From an uncultured Candidatus Saccharibacteria bacterium (GTDB taxonomy: Bacteria; Patescibacteriota; Minisyncoccia; Sungbacterales; SURF-37), in the NCBI GenBank assembly GCA_964373495.1, contig CAYJUW010000001.1, positions 1 to 36,197 on the forward strand: a stretch of DNA of 36,197 nucleotides. The letters run 5' to 3'. Shown piece by piece: positions 29,363 through 36,197 of the stretch. Below the pieces are notes generated by a model. The model had not been told where the DNA came from. It searched no databases and saw only the letters and a list, made by a program, of their open reading frames with translations. The translations under genes and the position numbers were made by a program. The stretch's first letter is position 1. Every line of letters starts with the position of its first letter.

Positions 29363-31258
29363 TTATGATTTGGCTTCATCGTCTTTTTTCTCTTCGTACT
29401 CCGCGTCCTTCACATTCGGGCTGCCGCCAGCTTCCGGCTCCCCGCCGCCAGCTCCCTGCTGCTTATACAATATCTCCCCGATCTTCTGGCTCGCAACCGC
29501 GAGCTCCTGCGATGCCTTTTTGGTGGCCTCAAAGTCGTCGCTGTCCTTCACTTTTTTAAGCGCCTCGACTTTCTCTTCGATCTCTTTTTTGATTTCTGGC
29601 GGCACTTTGTCCCCGGATTCGCGGAGCGCCTTCTCGGCCGTGTAGACCATGGCATCGGCGGTGTTTCGGGCCTCAACGAGCTGGCTCTTTTTTTTATCTT
29701 CCTCGGCATGGACTTCGGCCTCGCGCTTCAGTTTCTCGATCTCGTCTTTGGAAAGACCGGTGGAGGCCTCGATCCTGATGGATTGCTCCTTGCCAGTGGC
29801 CTTGTCCTTGGCCTTGACCGAGAGAATGCCGTTGGCGTCAATGTCAAAGGTCACCTCAACCTGAGGCATGCCGCGCGGCGCGGGGGGGATGCCGTCGAGA
29901 ATGAATCGGCCAAGCGTCTTATTATCAGAAGCCATGGGTCGCTCGCCCTGGAGCACGTGGACCTCAACCGAGGTCTGGCTGTCGGCGGCCGTGGAAAAGG
30001 TCTGGGTTTTTGAGGTCGGGATGGTGGTGTTCTTCTCAATGAGGCGGGTCATCACCCCGCCCAGGGTTTCGATGCCCAAGGACAGCGGCACGGCGTCGAG
30101 CAAGAGCACGTCTTTGACCTCGCCTTGGAGGATCCCGGCCTCGATGGCCGCGCCCACGGCCACCACCTCGTCGGGGTTGATGGAGCGGTTGGGCTCCTTG
30201 CCAAAAAACTTTTTCACCGCCTCGACAATGGCCGGCATCCGGGTCTGGCCGCCGACGAGGATGATCTCGTCAATGTCGGCGAGCCCGAAGCCCGAGGCCT
30301 TGAGCGCGCGCCCGGTGATCTCGATGGATTTTTGGATGTAGTCAGCCACCAGCTCCTCCAACTTGGCCCGGGTCATCTTGACGAGGAGGTGCTTGGGCCC
30401 GCTCTCGGTGGAGGTGATGAAGGGTATGTTAATTTCGGTCTCGAAGGTGGTTGAGAGATCGTGCTTGGTGCGCTCAGCGGCCTCCTTCAGGCGCTGGCGG
30501 GCGAGCGTGTCTTTGGAGAGATCAATCCCCTCTTCTCTTTTAAACTCGGCGACAAGCCAGGCGATGATGCGCTGGTCAAAGTCGTCGCCGCCGAGGTGCA
30601 TGTCGCCGTCAATGGCCTTGACCTCGATGACATCGTCGCCGATTTCGAGTACGGAGAGGTCAAACGTGCCGCCGCCAAAATCGTACACGACAATTTGTTC
30701 ATTCTTGCGCTTATTAAAGCCATAGGCCAGGGCCGCGGCCGTGGGCTCGGGCAGGATGCGCCGGACATTGAACCCGGCGATCTCGCCCGCGGCTTTCGTG
30801 GCCGCGCGCTGGGAATCGTCGAAATAGGCCGGGCAGGTGATGACCGCATCCGTGATTTTGCCGCCCAATTTCTCCTCGGCATCGGTCTTTAACTTCTGCA
30901 GTACCATGGCCGAGATCTCCTCGGGCCGGTACCATCGCCCGGCCATGTTGACCTCAATCCCGCTCGAAGCCGATTCGCGGATCTCGTAGGGGAGGAGTTT
31001 TTTGTCGAGCTGGACCTCTGGGTCGGTCCAGCGCCGGCCGATCAGGCGCTTGACCGAATAGATGGTGTTTTTGTGGTTGGTCACGGCCTGGCGTTTGGCC
31101 AAGACCCCGGCGATGCGCTCGCCGGATTTGCTTTGAGCCACCATGGAGGGCGTGGTCCTGGCCCCTTCCTTGTTTTCGAGCACCTTGGGTTCGCCGCCCT
31201 CGATGGCGGCCATGGCCGAGTTCGTTGTGCCCAAATCGATTCCTAGTATCTTAGGCAT
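29363..31258 (-). CDS. dnaK: Molecular chaperone DnaK (Hsp70)
   Basis: [17 protein letters not shown], and [17 protein letters not shown]. 631 aa. Confidence 0.97.
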   Translation of the reverse strand: MPKILGIDLGTTNSAMAAIEGGEPKVLENKEGARTTPSMVAQSKSGERIAGVLAKRQAVTNHKNTIYSVKRLIGRRWTDPEVQLDKKLLPYEIRESASSGIEVNMAGRWYRPEEISAMVLQKLKTDAEEKLGGKITDAVITCPAYFDDSQRAATKAAGEIAGFNVRRILPEPTAAALAYGFNKRKNEQIVVYDFGGGTFDLSVLEIGDDVIEVKAIDGDMHLGGDDFDQRIIAWLVAEFKREEGIDLSKDTLARQRLKEAAERTKHDLSTTFETEINIPFITSTESGPKHLLVKMTRAKLEELVADYIQKSIEITGRALKASGFGLADIDEIILVGGQTRMPAIVEAVKKFFGKEPNRSINPDEVVAVGAAIEAGILQGEVKDVLLLDAVPLSLGIETLGGVMTRLIEKNTTIPTSKTQTFSTAADSQTSVEVHVLQGERPMASDNKTLGRFILDGIPPAPRGMPQVEVTFDIDANGILSVKAKDKATGKEQSIRIEASTGLSKDEIEKLKREAEVHAEEDKKKSQLVEARNTADAMVYTAEKALRESGDKVPPEIKKEIEEKVEALKKVKDSDDFEATKKASQELAVASQKIGEILYKQQGAGGGEPEAGGSPNVKDAEYEEKKDDEAKS

Positions 31259-31282
31259 ATTGTTTATGATAATACGATTTTC

Positions 31283-31867
31283 CTATTTCTCTTTTTCCAT
31301 TTCTTTTTCTTTATTAGAGATTTTCACCCGCGCCGGCCGGAGCACCCTGCCGGCGAGGAGGTAGCCCAGCTGGAGCACCTCAACCACGACTCCTTCCTCG
31401 CCGTCGGTTTCAACCTCGCCGAGCGATTCGTGGTAGGCCGGATCAAATTTTTGGCCGAGCGGCTGCATGACTTCGAGCCCCCGCCGCCGGAGGATATCCT
31501 CAATCTGCGAGCGGATCATGACAAGCCCTTTTTCTACGTCTTTGGGCATCTCGTGCTGGAGGGCGAGGTCAAAGCTGTCAAGCACGGCCACGGCCTCGGC
31601 AATCACGCCCTCGGCCGCGAAGCGCCCGAACTCCTCGAAGCGCTTGGCCTCATCCTTCTTGTAGTTGGAAAGGTCAGCCCGGGCGCGCTGCCAACCGTCG
31701 AGGTACTCTTTTTTCTCGGCTGCGCACTTCCGCAGTTCCTCGCGGGCTTTTTTTAGCTTGGCCGCCGCATCCTCGGCGCCGGCCTCGTCTTCGCTGGGAC
31801 GAGGCGGCCCGGCCTCTTCGTCCGGCACCATCTCAACATTCTCCTCTTTGTCGTGTTCCTTGGCCAT
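31283..31867 (-). CDS. grpE: Nucleotide exchange factor GrpE
   Basis: Acidic N-terminus, a coiled coil, then ...GYLLAGRVLRPARV at the C-terminus. Lies between hrcA and dnaK. Confidence 0.9.
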   Translation of the reverse strand: MAKEHDKEENVEMVPDEEAGPPRPSEDEAGAEDAAAKLKKAREELRKCAAEKKEYLDGWQRARADLSNYKKDEAKRFEEFGRFAAEGVIAEAVAVLDSFDLALQHEMPKDVEKGLVMIRSQIEDILRRRGLEVMQPLGQKFDPAYHESLGEVETDGEEGVVVEVLQLGYLLAGRVLRPARVKISNKEKEMEKEK

Positions 31868-31870
31868 AGC

Positions 31871-32638
31871 TTATGAATTCATGATTTCCCGGACGTGCTT
31901 GAGCAGCGCCAGATTATGCTCGTAATCCATCCGCATCGGACCAACTAGGGCTATGATACTCTCCCGGCCGAAGGGTGTCTCGTAGGCCGAAACGATCATG
32001 CCGCAGCGGCGCGCTGCGCGGATGGGGTTCTCGCGGCCGATGAAGGTCCGCGGTTCCCCAAAATCGGTCGGGTCGAACTCGCGGGCGAGTTCTTCCTCGA
32101 TGTGGTCCACGAGGCTGCTGAATTCCTGCATCAGGGAGTGGTCGGAGAACTCCGGTTCGGCCAGCACGTCGCGGATCCCGGATTTGTAGAAATGCGCTTC
32201 ACCCGGGAAGCCCGCGACCGCGAAATTCCGGGTAAGCTCCGCGAGGAGGCGGCTCGCCCCGCGCATGAATTCAAACGGGTCGGCAAGCTCGCCCAGAACC
32301 CGAAGGCGGCGCTCCTCGCGTTCGAGAACACCGTCGCCGTGGATGAGGTAACGAATGAAGAAGCGGTAGCCCTTGCCGGTTGGCACGCGGCCGGCGGACG
32401 TATGGGGCTGCGTGACCAACCCGATCTTGTCCAGCGCCTGGAGCTCGCTCCGTACGGTGGCGGAGCTGTAGGGCAATCGGTACTGGCGTACGAGCTTAGA
32501 GGAAGCCACCGGCTCGGCCGCGGCCACGTACGCCCGGATGAGCGCCTCCAGTATGGTTTTTTGCCGCTCGGTCAGCCTCGCTACAGCCGCACGGGGGCCG
32601 CTCGGTTCATGGGGGTATGTTCGGTTGGGTCGCTCCAT
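31871..32638 (-). CDS. hrcA: Heat-inducible transcription repressor HrcA
   Basis: LTERQKTILEALIRAYVAAAEPVASSKL winged-helix N-terminus, with CIRCE upstream. The start is ambiguous: ATG 32638 or 32692. ATG 32704 lies inside the predicted -10. Confidence 0.85.
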   Translation of the reverse strand: MERPNRTYPHEPSGPRAAVARLTERQKTILEALIRAYVAAAEPVASSKLVRQYRLPYSSATVRSELQALDKIGLVTQPHTSAGRVPTGKGYRFFIRYLIHGDGVLEREERRLRVLGELADPFEFMRGASRLLAELTRNFAVAGFPGEAHFYKSGIRDVLAEPEFSDHSLMQEFSSLVDHIEEELAREFDPTDFGEPRTFIGRENPIRAARRCGMIVSAYETPFGRESIIALVGPMRMDYEHNLALLKHVREIMNS

Positions 32639-32702
32639 AGATAGTATCTGCTTGCCCCCCAAGGGCTGTAACGGGGTCAGCTCGGGGGGCATAATTTCAC
32701 TC

Positions 32703-32732
32703 ATTGTATTGCGGTTAGCACTCTAATGTCAA
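32703..32732 (-). promoter_or_regulatory. Sigma70-like promoter: TTGACA, 18-nt spacer, TACAAT, overlapping CIRCE
   Basis: On the minus strand, the -35 is at 32732-32727 (inside the CIRCE spacer) and the -10 at 32708-32703. Confidence 0.65.
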
Positions 32733-32741
32733 GAGTGCTAA
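32715..32741. promoter_or_regulatory. CIRCE operator (HrcA binding site): TTAGCACTC-N9-GAGTGCTAA
   Basis: Perfect match to the canonical CIRCE inverted repeat, upstream of hrcA-grpE-dnaK. Confidence 0.95.
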
Positions 32742-32802
32742 CTGGAGGCAACTCAAAGCCGCCGAGGTTGCAAAAGCCGAAAAGGATAAAACGTAGGGCC
32801 GA

Positions 32803-32836
32803 AATGTTAAAAGATCCACCTGGGCATCCAGGTGGA
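32803..32836 (-). terminator. Rho-independent terminator of the 32845-33267 gene
   Basis: On the minus strand, TCCACCTGG-ATGC-CCAGGTGGA is followed by TCTTTTAACATTT. Confidence 0.7.
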
Positions 32837-32844
32837 CGGTCGCG

Positions 32845-33267
32845 CTAGTCGAAGTCGATCTCATCAGGGTCCAGCAGGGCAGCGTTCCTCTGGCTGTTGC
32901 CGTGCGATCGGGCGCCGCGCCGCGCCGGTGCCGGCTTCGAGAACACCTTTGTGGGCGGTCCTGTTTTTATGATGCGGCGCAGGCCTAGCCCGGTGATGTT
33001 CAAAATATGGAGTCGCACCTCGCGGTTGTAGGGAATGGTCAACTCCGAAGCCCAGTGAATGATCTGTCCATCTTGGATCGCGAGGCCAAGCGTTTCGGCG
33101 GCATGCTGCCACTGATGGGGCTCGTACTCTTGGCCGGTGCGGCGGGCGCACACGGCACCCAGGAGCGAGCGGTGCGGCGCATCAGCCGTGCGGATCTCGC
33201 CGTCTCGGCGAACACGCCAATGTTCCCCCAATGTCTTCACTGCGCCAAAGAACTCCTCGAGCGTCAT
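32845..33267 (-). CDS. Hypothetical protein (140 aa)
   Basis: A GGAAGGAGGGG SD lies upstream of ATG 33267 (MTLEEFFGAV...). The ORF-track extension to 33366 is unlikely. Confidence 0.6.
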   Translation of the reverse strand: MTLEEFFGAVKTLGEHWRVRRDGEIRTADAPHRSLLGAVCARRTGQEYEPHQWQHAAETLGLAIQDGQIIHWASELTIPYNREVRLHILNITGLGLRRIIKTGPPTKVFSKPAPARRGARSHGNSQRNAALLDPDEIDFD

Positions 33268-33324
33268 TGGTCTCCCCTCCTTCCCATCGCGACTGGACGA
33301 GCGGATTGCTCCTTTTAGGATATT

Positions 33325-33353
33325 AGTATATCCGAACCGCGCCAGTTGGTCAA
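33325..33353 (-). promoter_or_regulatory. Sigma70-like promoter: TTGACC, 17-nt spacer, TATACT
   Basis: On the minus strand, the -35 is at 33353-33348 and the -10 at 33330-33325, 58 nt upstream of ATG 33267. Confidence 0.55.
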
Positions 33354-33386
33354 TACCCCTTCCCACTGCGGACTCCCAAAAGTAAG

Positions 33387-33415
33387 TTGTACTATAGATG
33401 CGATCGCATTAGAAT
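33387..33415 (+). promoter_or_regulatory. Sigma70-like promoter: TTGTAC, 17-nt spacer, TAGAAT, with palindrome ATGCGATCGCAT in the spacer
   Basis: The -10 ends 6 nt before ATG 33422, implying a leaderless or near-leaderless mRNA. Confidence 0.5.
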
Positions 33416-33421
33416 TACTAC

Positions 33422-33979
33422 ATGAGCCGGTTCGGGAATTTGACCAAGGCGATTTTTCTCACACTCCTCGCGGGCGGGGCACTGTTTCTGGTCCTCTCCT
33501 CTCCCAGCGGTGCGCGGCGGCTCTTAAAGGTTATTGGCTATGAGCTGAAGCGCGCCGAAGATCGCAAGCGATTTTTCTGGACCCTCGCCTACCTTCGGCG
33601 CCGGCGCTACCTCGACTACCGCGAAGAACAGGATGGCACGATTAAAATTGTATTGACCGAGGACGGGCACCGGCGAGCTCTTCGATACAAGCTTGATGTC
33701 CTTTCCCTCCCCAGAGGCGTGCGCTGGGATGGCAAATGGCGACTCATCGCCTTCGATATCCCCGAGAAGAAGAAGAGCGGGCGCAATGCCCTGCGGGATA
33801 AAATGCGGGAGCTCGGCCTCGTACAACTGCAAAAGAGCGTATGGGCTTGGCCGTACGAATGCCGAGATGAAATTGATTTTGTCGCTGAAGTGTTTGGTGT
33901 GGGGTCTTTCGTGCACTATATTGTCGCCGAATCAATTACCTCCGAGAAATTCCTCAAGTACAAATTCAAGCTCGTTTAG
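33422..33979 (+). CDS. PaaX-like regulator with a Cas2/VapD-fold middle domain and an N-terminal TM segment
   Basis: WDGKWRLIAFDIPEKKKSGRNALRDKMRELGLVQLQKSVWAWP is the PaaX middle-domain (Cas2-like) pattern, preceded by a winged-helix-like region and a hydrophobic N-terminus. Confidence 0.6.
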   Translation: MSRFGNLTKAIFLTLLAGGALFLVLSSPSGARRLLKVIGYELKRAEDRKRFFWTLAYLRRRRYLDYREEQDGTIKIVLTEDGHRRALRYKLDVLSLPRGVRWDGKWRLIAFDIPEKKKSGRNALRDKMRELGLVQLQKSVWAWPYECRDEIDFVAEVFGVGSFVHYIVAESITSEKFLKYKFKLV

Positions 33980-34065
33980 GTCCTCGGCACCATTAGAGTA
34001 ATAACTATGCGATCGCCTTTTTATTACAACTAAGTGGATGTGTTGTTTGGTTGGCAGTTTCGGTG

Positions 34066-34095
34066 CAAAGAAAAATGCCCGTCGGCGGGACGGGC
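34066..34095 (-). terminator. Rho-independent terminator
   Basis: On the minus strand, GCCCGTC-CCGCC-GACGGGC (34077-34095) is followed by ATTTTTCTTTG. Confidence 0.65.
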
Positions 34096-34131
34096 GGGAG
34101 AAATGGAGCTCGTATTGTCGGAGAGACCGTA

Positions 34132-34464
34132 CTAGACGGCCGTGAGCTCCTTTCCAGTGTAGGCGGTTCGGATCGCTCCCTCTTTGAGCCGCCACTGGTA
34201 GGGCGTCTCCGCAAGCAACCCGAGGAACTTGGTCATCGCCGTACTCGGCGTCCACGGCTGCAGAGCCGGCTTCAGCATACTGGTGGCTGCCGCAAGTCCC
34301 GGCGGCGATGCGGCGGCGATGCTCTTAAAGAACGCGAGCGCGAGGCGTTTATTACCGCCCGCGCCGAATACCTCGCCGCTCTGCGGCGAGGATGAAGGCG
34401 CATCTTTACATCGAGCGCGCCGAGGTGGTCGAGGCGCGCGAGCCCCTTCAGGTAACAAAAGCAT
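34132..34464 (-). CDS. Possible hypothetical protein or gene remnant (about 110 aa)
   Basis: The ORF ends 36 nt before a good terminator. The C-terminal half looks protein-like, the N-terminal half is Arg/Pro-rich, and there is no SD. Confidence 0.35.
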   Translation of the reverse strand: MLLLPEGARAPRPPRRARCKDAPSSSPQSGEVFGAGGNKRLALAFFKSIAAASPPGLAAATSMLKPALQPWTPSTAMTKFLGLLAETPYQWRLKEGAIRTAYTGKELTAV

Positions 34465-34474
34465 CACTTCAATA

Positions 34475-34495
34475 CCGCACCGCTCTGCGGTGCGG
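34475..34495. repeat. Solitary CCGCACCGC-TCT-GCGGTGCGG hairpin (same stem as hairpin 1 of the three-hairpin element)
   Basis: Read directly. Lies immediately upstream of the 34132-34464 ORF. Confidence 0.8.
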
Positions 34496-34660
34496 ATGCT
34501 TTATTCCGACCCATGCGTATCCCTCCTTCTTGGGTGAGTTGCGTTCACTGCTGGGGCGTTTTATGTCCTCTTTGATGCTCTAGACCGAAGGATCATCGGC
34601 TGTCAATTATCAATTATTCTTTCGAGCAACTTTTTGCTATAGTAAAGTTAAGCAACTACC

Positions 34661-35578
34661 ATGCAAACCCTTAAGACCAAAACCCTGGAATGGCACCATT
34701 TCCTTGAGCCCTCGGCCAACGACCTCACGTGGCTGGAAGCGCACTTTCGCCTCCCCGCCCTGGTGCTCGAGGAACTCTCCCGCCCGACCATGCGGCCCCG
34801 AGTGGACCGCTACGACGGCTATCTCTACCTCGTGCTCCACTTTCCGATTTTCAACGAGCGCGAGAAGAAGACCTACGCCCGGGAGGTGGATTTTATCCTA
34901 ACCAAGAAGGAGCTTATCACCGTGGCCTACGATCCCATCCGGCCGCTCGAGGAGTTCTTCCAGCGCTGTGCGGGCGAGCAGTCCTCGGCCGAGGCCTTCG
35001 CCTCGGGCTCGCCCGCCCGCCTCCTCTTCTTTATTTTAAAAGAGCTCTATACCTTTGCCCTCCGCGAACTCGATCACATCCAGGAGCACATCAACAAGAT
35101 TGAGGAACGGGTATTCTCGACGGAACAGGAAGAAGAGGCGCTGATCGAGGATCTTTCATTCGTGCGCCGCGACGTCATTGACTTTCGCCGCTCCCTCAAG
35201 CCCCAGCAGGCGGCGCTCGAGACCCTCGTTGTCCAGGGCGGGATCCTCTACGGTCCGAGCGCACGGCCGTTCTTCCAGGAGCTCATTGGCGAATACCACA
35301 AGGTCTGGAACCTCCTCGAGAATTCCAAGGAGGCCATTGACGCCCTCTATGATAACAACGTCGCGGTCTTAAACATCAAACAGAACGAGGCCATGCGCAT
35401 CCTTTCCATCATGGCCTTCGTCACCTTCCCGCTCGTTCTCTTCGCCCAGCTCTTTTCCATGTCCACCGTAGCCACGCCGATCATCGGCTCGCGCTACGAT
35501 TTCTGGATCATCGTCGCCATCATGGTGCTCGCAGCCACCGGGATGTTCGCGTTTTTCAAGAGAAAAAAATGGCTGTAA
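34661..35578 (+). CDS. corA: CorA-family divalent-cation transporter with a non-canonical SMS in place of the GMN motif
   Basis: About 305 aa with two C-terminal TM helices. FPLVLFAQLFSMSTV aligns where CorA proteins carry YGMNF. Ends with a KRKKWL tail. Confidence 0.8.
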   Translation: MQTLKTKTLEWHHFLEPSANDLTWLEAHFRLPALVLEELSRPTMRPRVDRYDGYLYLVLHFPIFNEREKKTYAREVDFILTKKELITVAYDPIRPLEEFFQRCAGEQSSAEAFASGSPARLLFFILKELYTFALRELDHIQEHINKIEERVFSTEQEEEALIEDLSFVRRDVIDFRRSLKPQQAALETLVVQGGILYGPSARPFFQELIGEYHKVWNLLENSKEAIDALYDNNVAVLNIKQNEAMRILSIMAFVTFPLVLFAQLFSMSTVATPIIGSRYDFWIIVAIMVLAATGMFAFFKRKKWL

Positions 35579-35640
35579 CGTGATGCCAGTCAACGAATTT
35601 TATGCCTTTTATGCCAATCTGGCGAATATGCGAATGAAGC
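35579..35640. repeat. 3'-flank element after corA, related to 1-120
   Basis: CGTGATGCCAGTCAACGAATTTTATGCCTTTTATGCCAATCTGGCGAATATGCGAATGAAGCG. Confidence 0.6.
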
Positions 35641-35659
35641 GTAAATAATATACGAATTC

Positions 35660-36082
35660 ATGAATCCGCTCGTCTTCGCAATCCTCGGCGCTGTTTCGTT
35701 CGGGCTGTGGACTGTCTTCCATAAGCTGGCTTCGCCATACATCAACCAGGTCTTCGGAGCGATTATCGTTTCGGCGGCAGCGGTGGCGGCGGGCTTGGTA
35801 GTACTGGTGCCCCGGCTGAAACAGACAGAACTTTTCACTGATTATCGCGGCATACTCTTTCTTATTTTTGCTGGCGTTCTTGCGTTCTTCATTGATTTCT
35901 TCGCGTTGAAGGCTTACTCGGGCGGCCTGCCCATTACGACGGGAGGGCCGATCATTATCGGCGGCAGTATCGCGGTCGCGTCAATTATCGGCATTCTCCT
36001 CGGCGATCCCATCCCGCTTCTGAAAATAATTGCCCTTGTGTTCCTTCTGTTTGGGGCGGGCCTTTTGGCATACGTCGGCTAG
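35660..36082 (+). CDS. Small EamA-domain (DMT superfamily) membrane protein
   Basis: 140 aa, 4-5 TM segments, Gly/Ala-rich helices typical of single EamA domains. Confidence 0.55.
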   Translation: MNPLVFAILGAVSFGLWTVFHKLASPYINQVFGAIIVSAAAVAAGLVVLVPRLKQTELFTDYRGILFLIFAGVLAFFIDFFALKAYSGGLPITTGGPIIIGGSIAVASIIGILLGDPIPLLKIIALVFLLFGAGLLAYVG

Positions 36083-36090
36083 CAAGCACT

Positions 36091-36197
36091 ATGTTGGCGC
36101 TTTATAACTTTCTCACCCGAAAAAAAGAACCCTTCCGGCCCTTGCGAAAGGGCCGGGTTGGTTTATACACCTGCGGTCCCACGGTCTATAACTACGC
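36091..36197 (+). CDS. cysS: Cysteine--tRNA ligase, 5' fragment truncated by the window end
   Basis: [35 protein letters not shown] matches the CysRS N-terminus just before the HIGH motif. Confidence 0.8.
   Translation, partial: MLALYNFLTRKKEPFRPLRKGRVGLYTCGPTVYNY

Noticed and set aside
32639-32704. The longer hrcA start (ATG 32704, MSEIMPPEL...).
   Set aside because: That ATG lies inside the predicted -10 hexamer (32703-32708) of the CIRCE-overlapping promoter, so it would not be transcribed. A near-leaderless start at 32692 remains possible.
33932-34537. Other overlapping ORFs in the 33.9-34.5 kb gap (33932-34255 minus, 34051-34395 plus, 34229-34537 plus).
   Set aside because: They have no SD, no terminator in the right orientation and low-complexity Arg-rich translations. 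Only the minus-strand ORF ending at 34132 is backed by a terminator.
34468-34660. The 190-nt corA leader as an Mg2+ (M-box) riboswitch.
   Set aside because: I could not recognise M-box conserved segments by eye. It contains only a tandem CAATTAT repeat and weak promoter-like hexamers. A CM search would be needed before claiming anything.

Overview
GC-rich (about 60% by eye) 36.2-kb bacterial window with almost every gene on the minus strand. All protein calls come from reading motifs in the supplied ORF translations; I ran no database search. The gene content is mostly housekeeping. It includes a cell-wall/division set (D-Ala-D-Ala carboxypeptidase, mraY, murD, ftsW), scpA/scpB, aspS, a CIRCE-controlled hrcA-grpE-dnaK...dnaJ heat-shock locus, tRNA-Ala(TGC), tRNA-Lys(TTT), corA and the 5' end of cysS. 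Accessory genes include a sensor kinase, a FabH-like KAS III, a Nudix/MazG-like/HAD trio, a D-aminoacylase-family amidohydrolase, a GT39/83-type glycosyltransferase, a GIY-YIG protein, a PaaX/Cas2-fold protein and five small secreted or lipoprotein genes. Small genes, tRNAs without encoded CCA and a short AspRS suggest an uncultivated (possibly CPR/Patescibacteria-like) organism, but that is inference only. The unusual feature of the window is its non-coding architecture: at least five families of palindromic or structured repeats. (1) A ~140-nt three-hairpin element occurs in two near-identical copies, one diverged copy that keeps its stems through compensatory changes, and one chimeric copy. 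Three of these abut minus-strand terminators. (2) AT-rich GTAC-centred perfect palindromes of 32-36 bp sit in-frame inside murD and inside a glycosyltransferase gene, and also bracket a low-GC TrpR-like gene lying between scpA and scpB. (3) CCCCGTTAGA...TCTAACGGGG nested hairpins overlap or abut stop codons and occur in-frame inside a membrane-protein gene. (4) GGTATGCCTTCGAC hairpin units bracket the GIY-YIG gene that, with other inserts, separates dnaK from dnaJ. (5) An ATGCCAATC-type element follows the ftsW and corA stop codons. Three normally contiguous gene sets (mraY-murD, scpA-scpB, dnaK-dnaJ) are each interrupted by accessory DNA next to these repeats. An HD-domain phosphohydrolase gene carries two frameshifts. 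I found no CRISPR array, rRNA, transposase or recognisable complete defence system.
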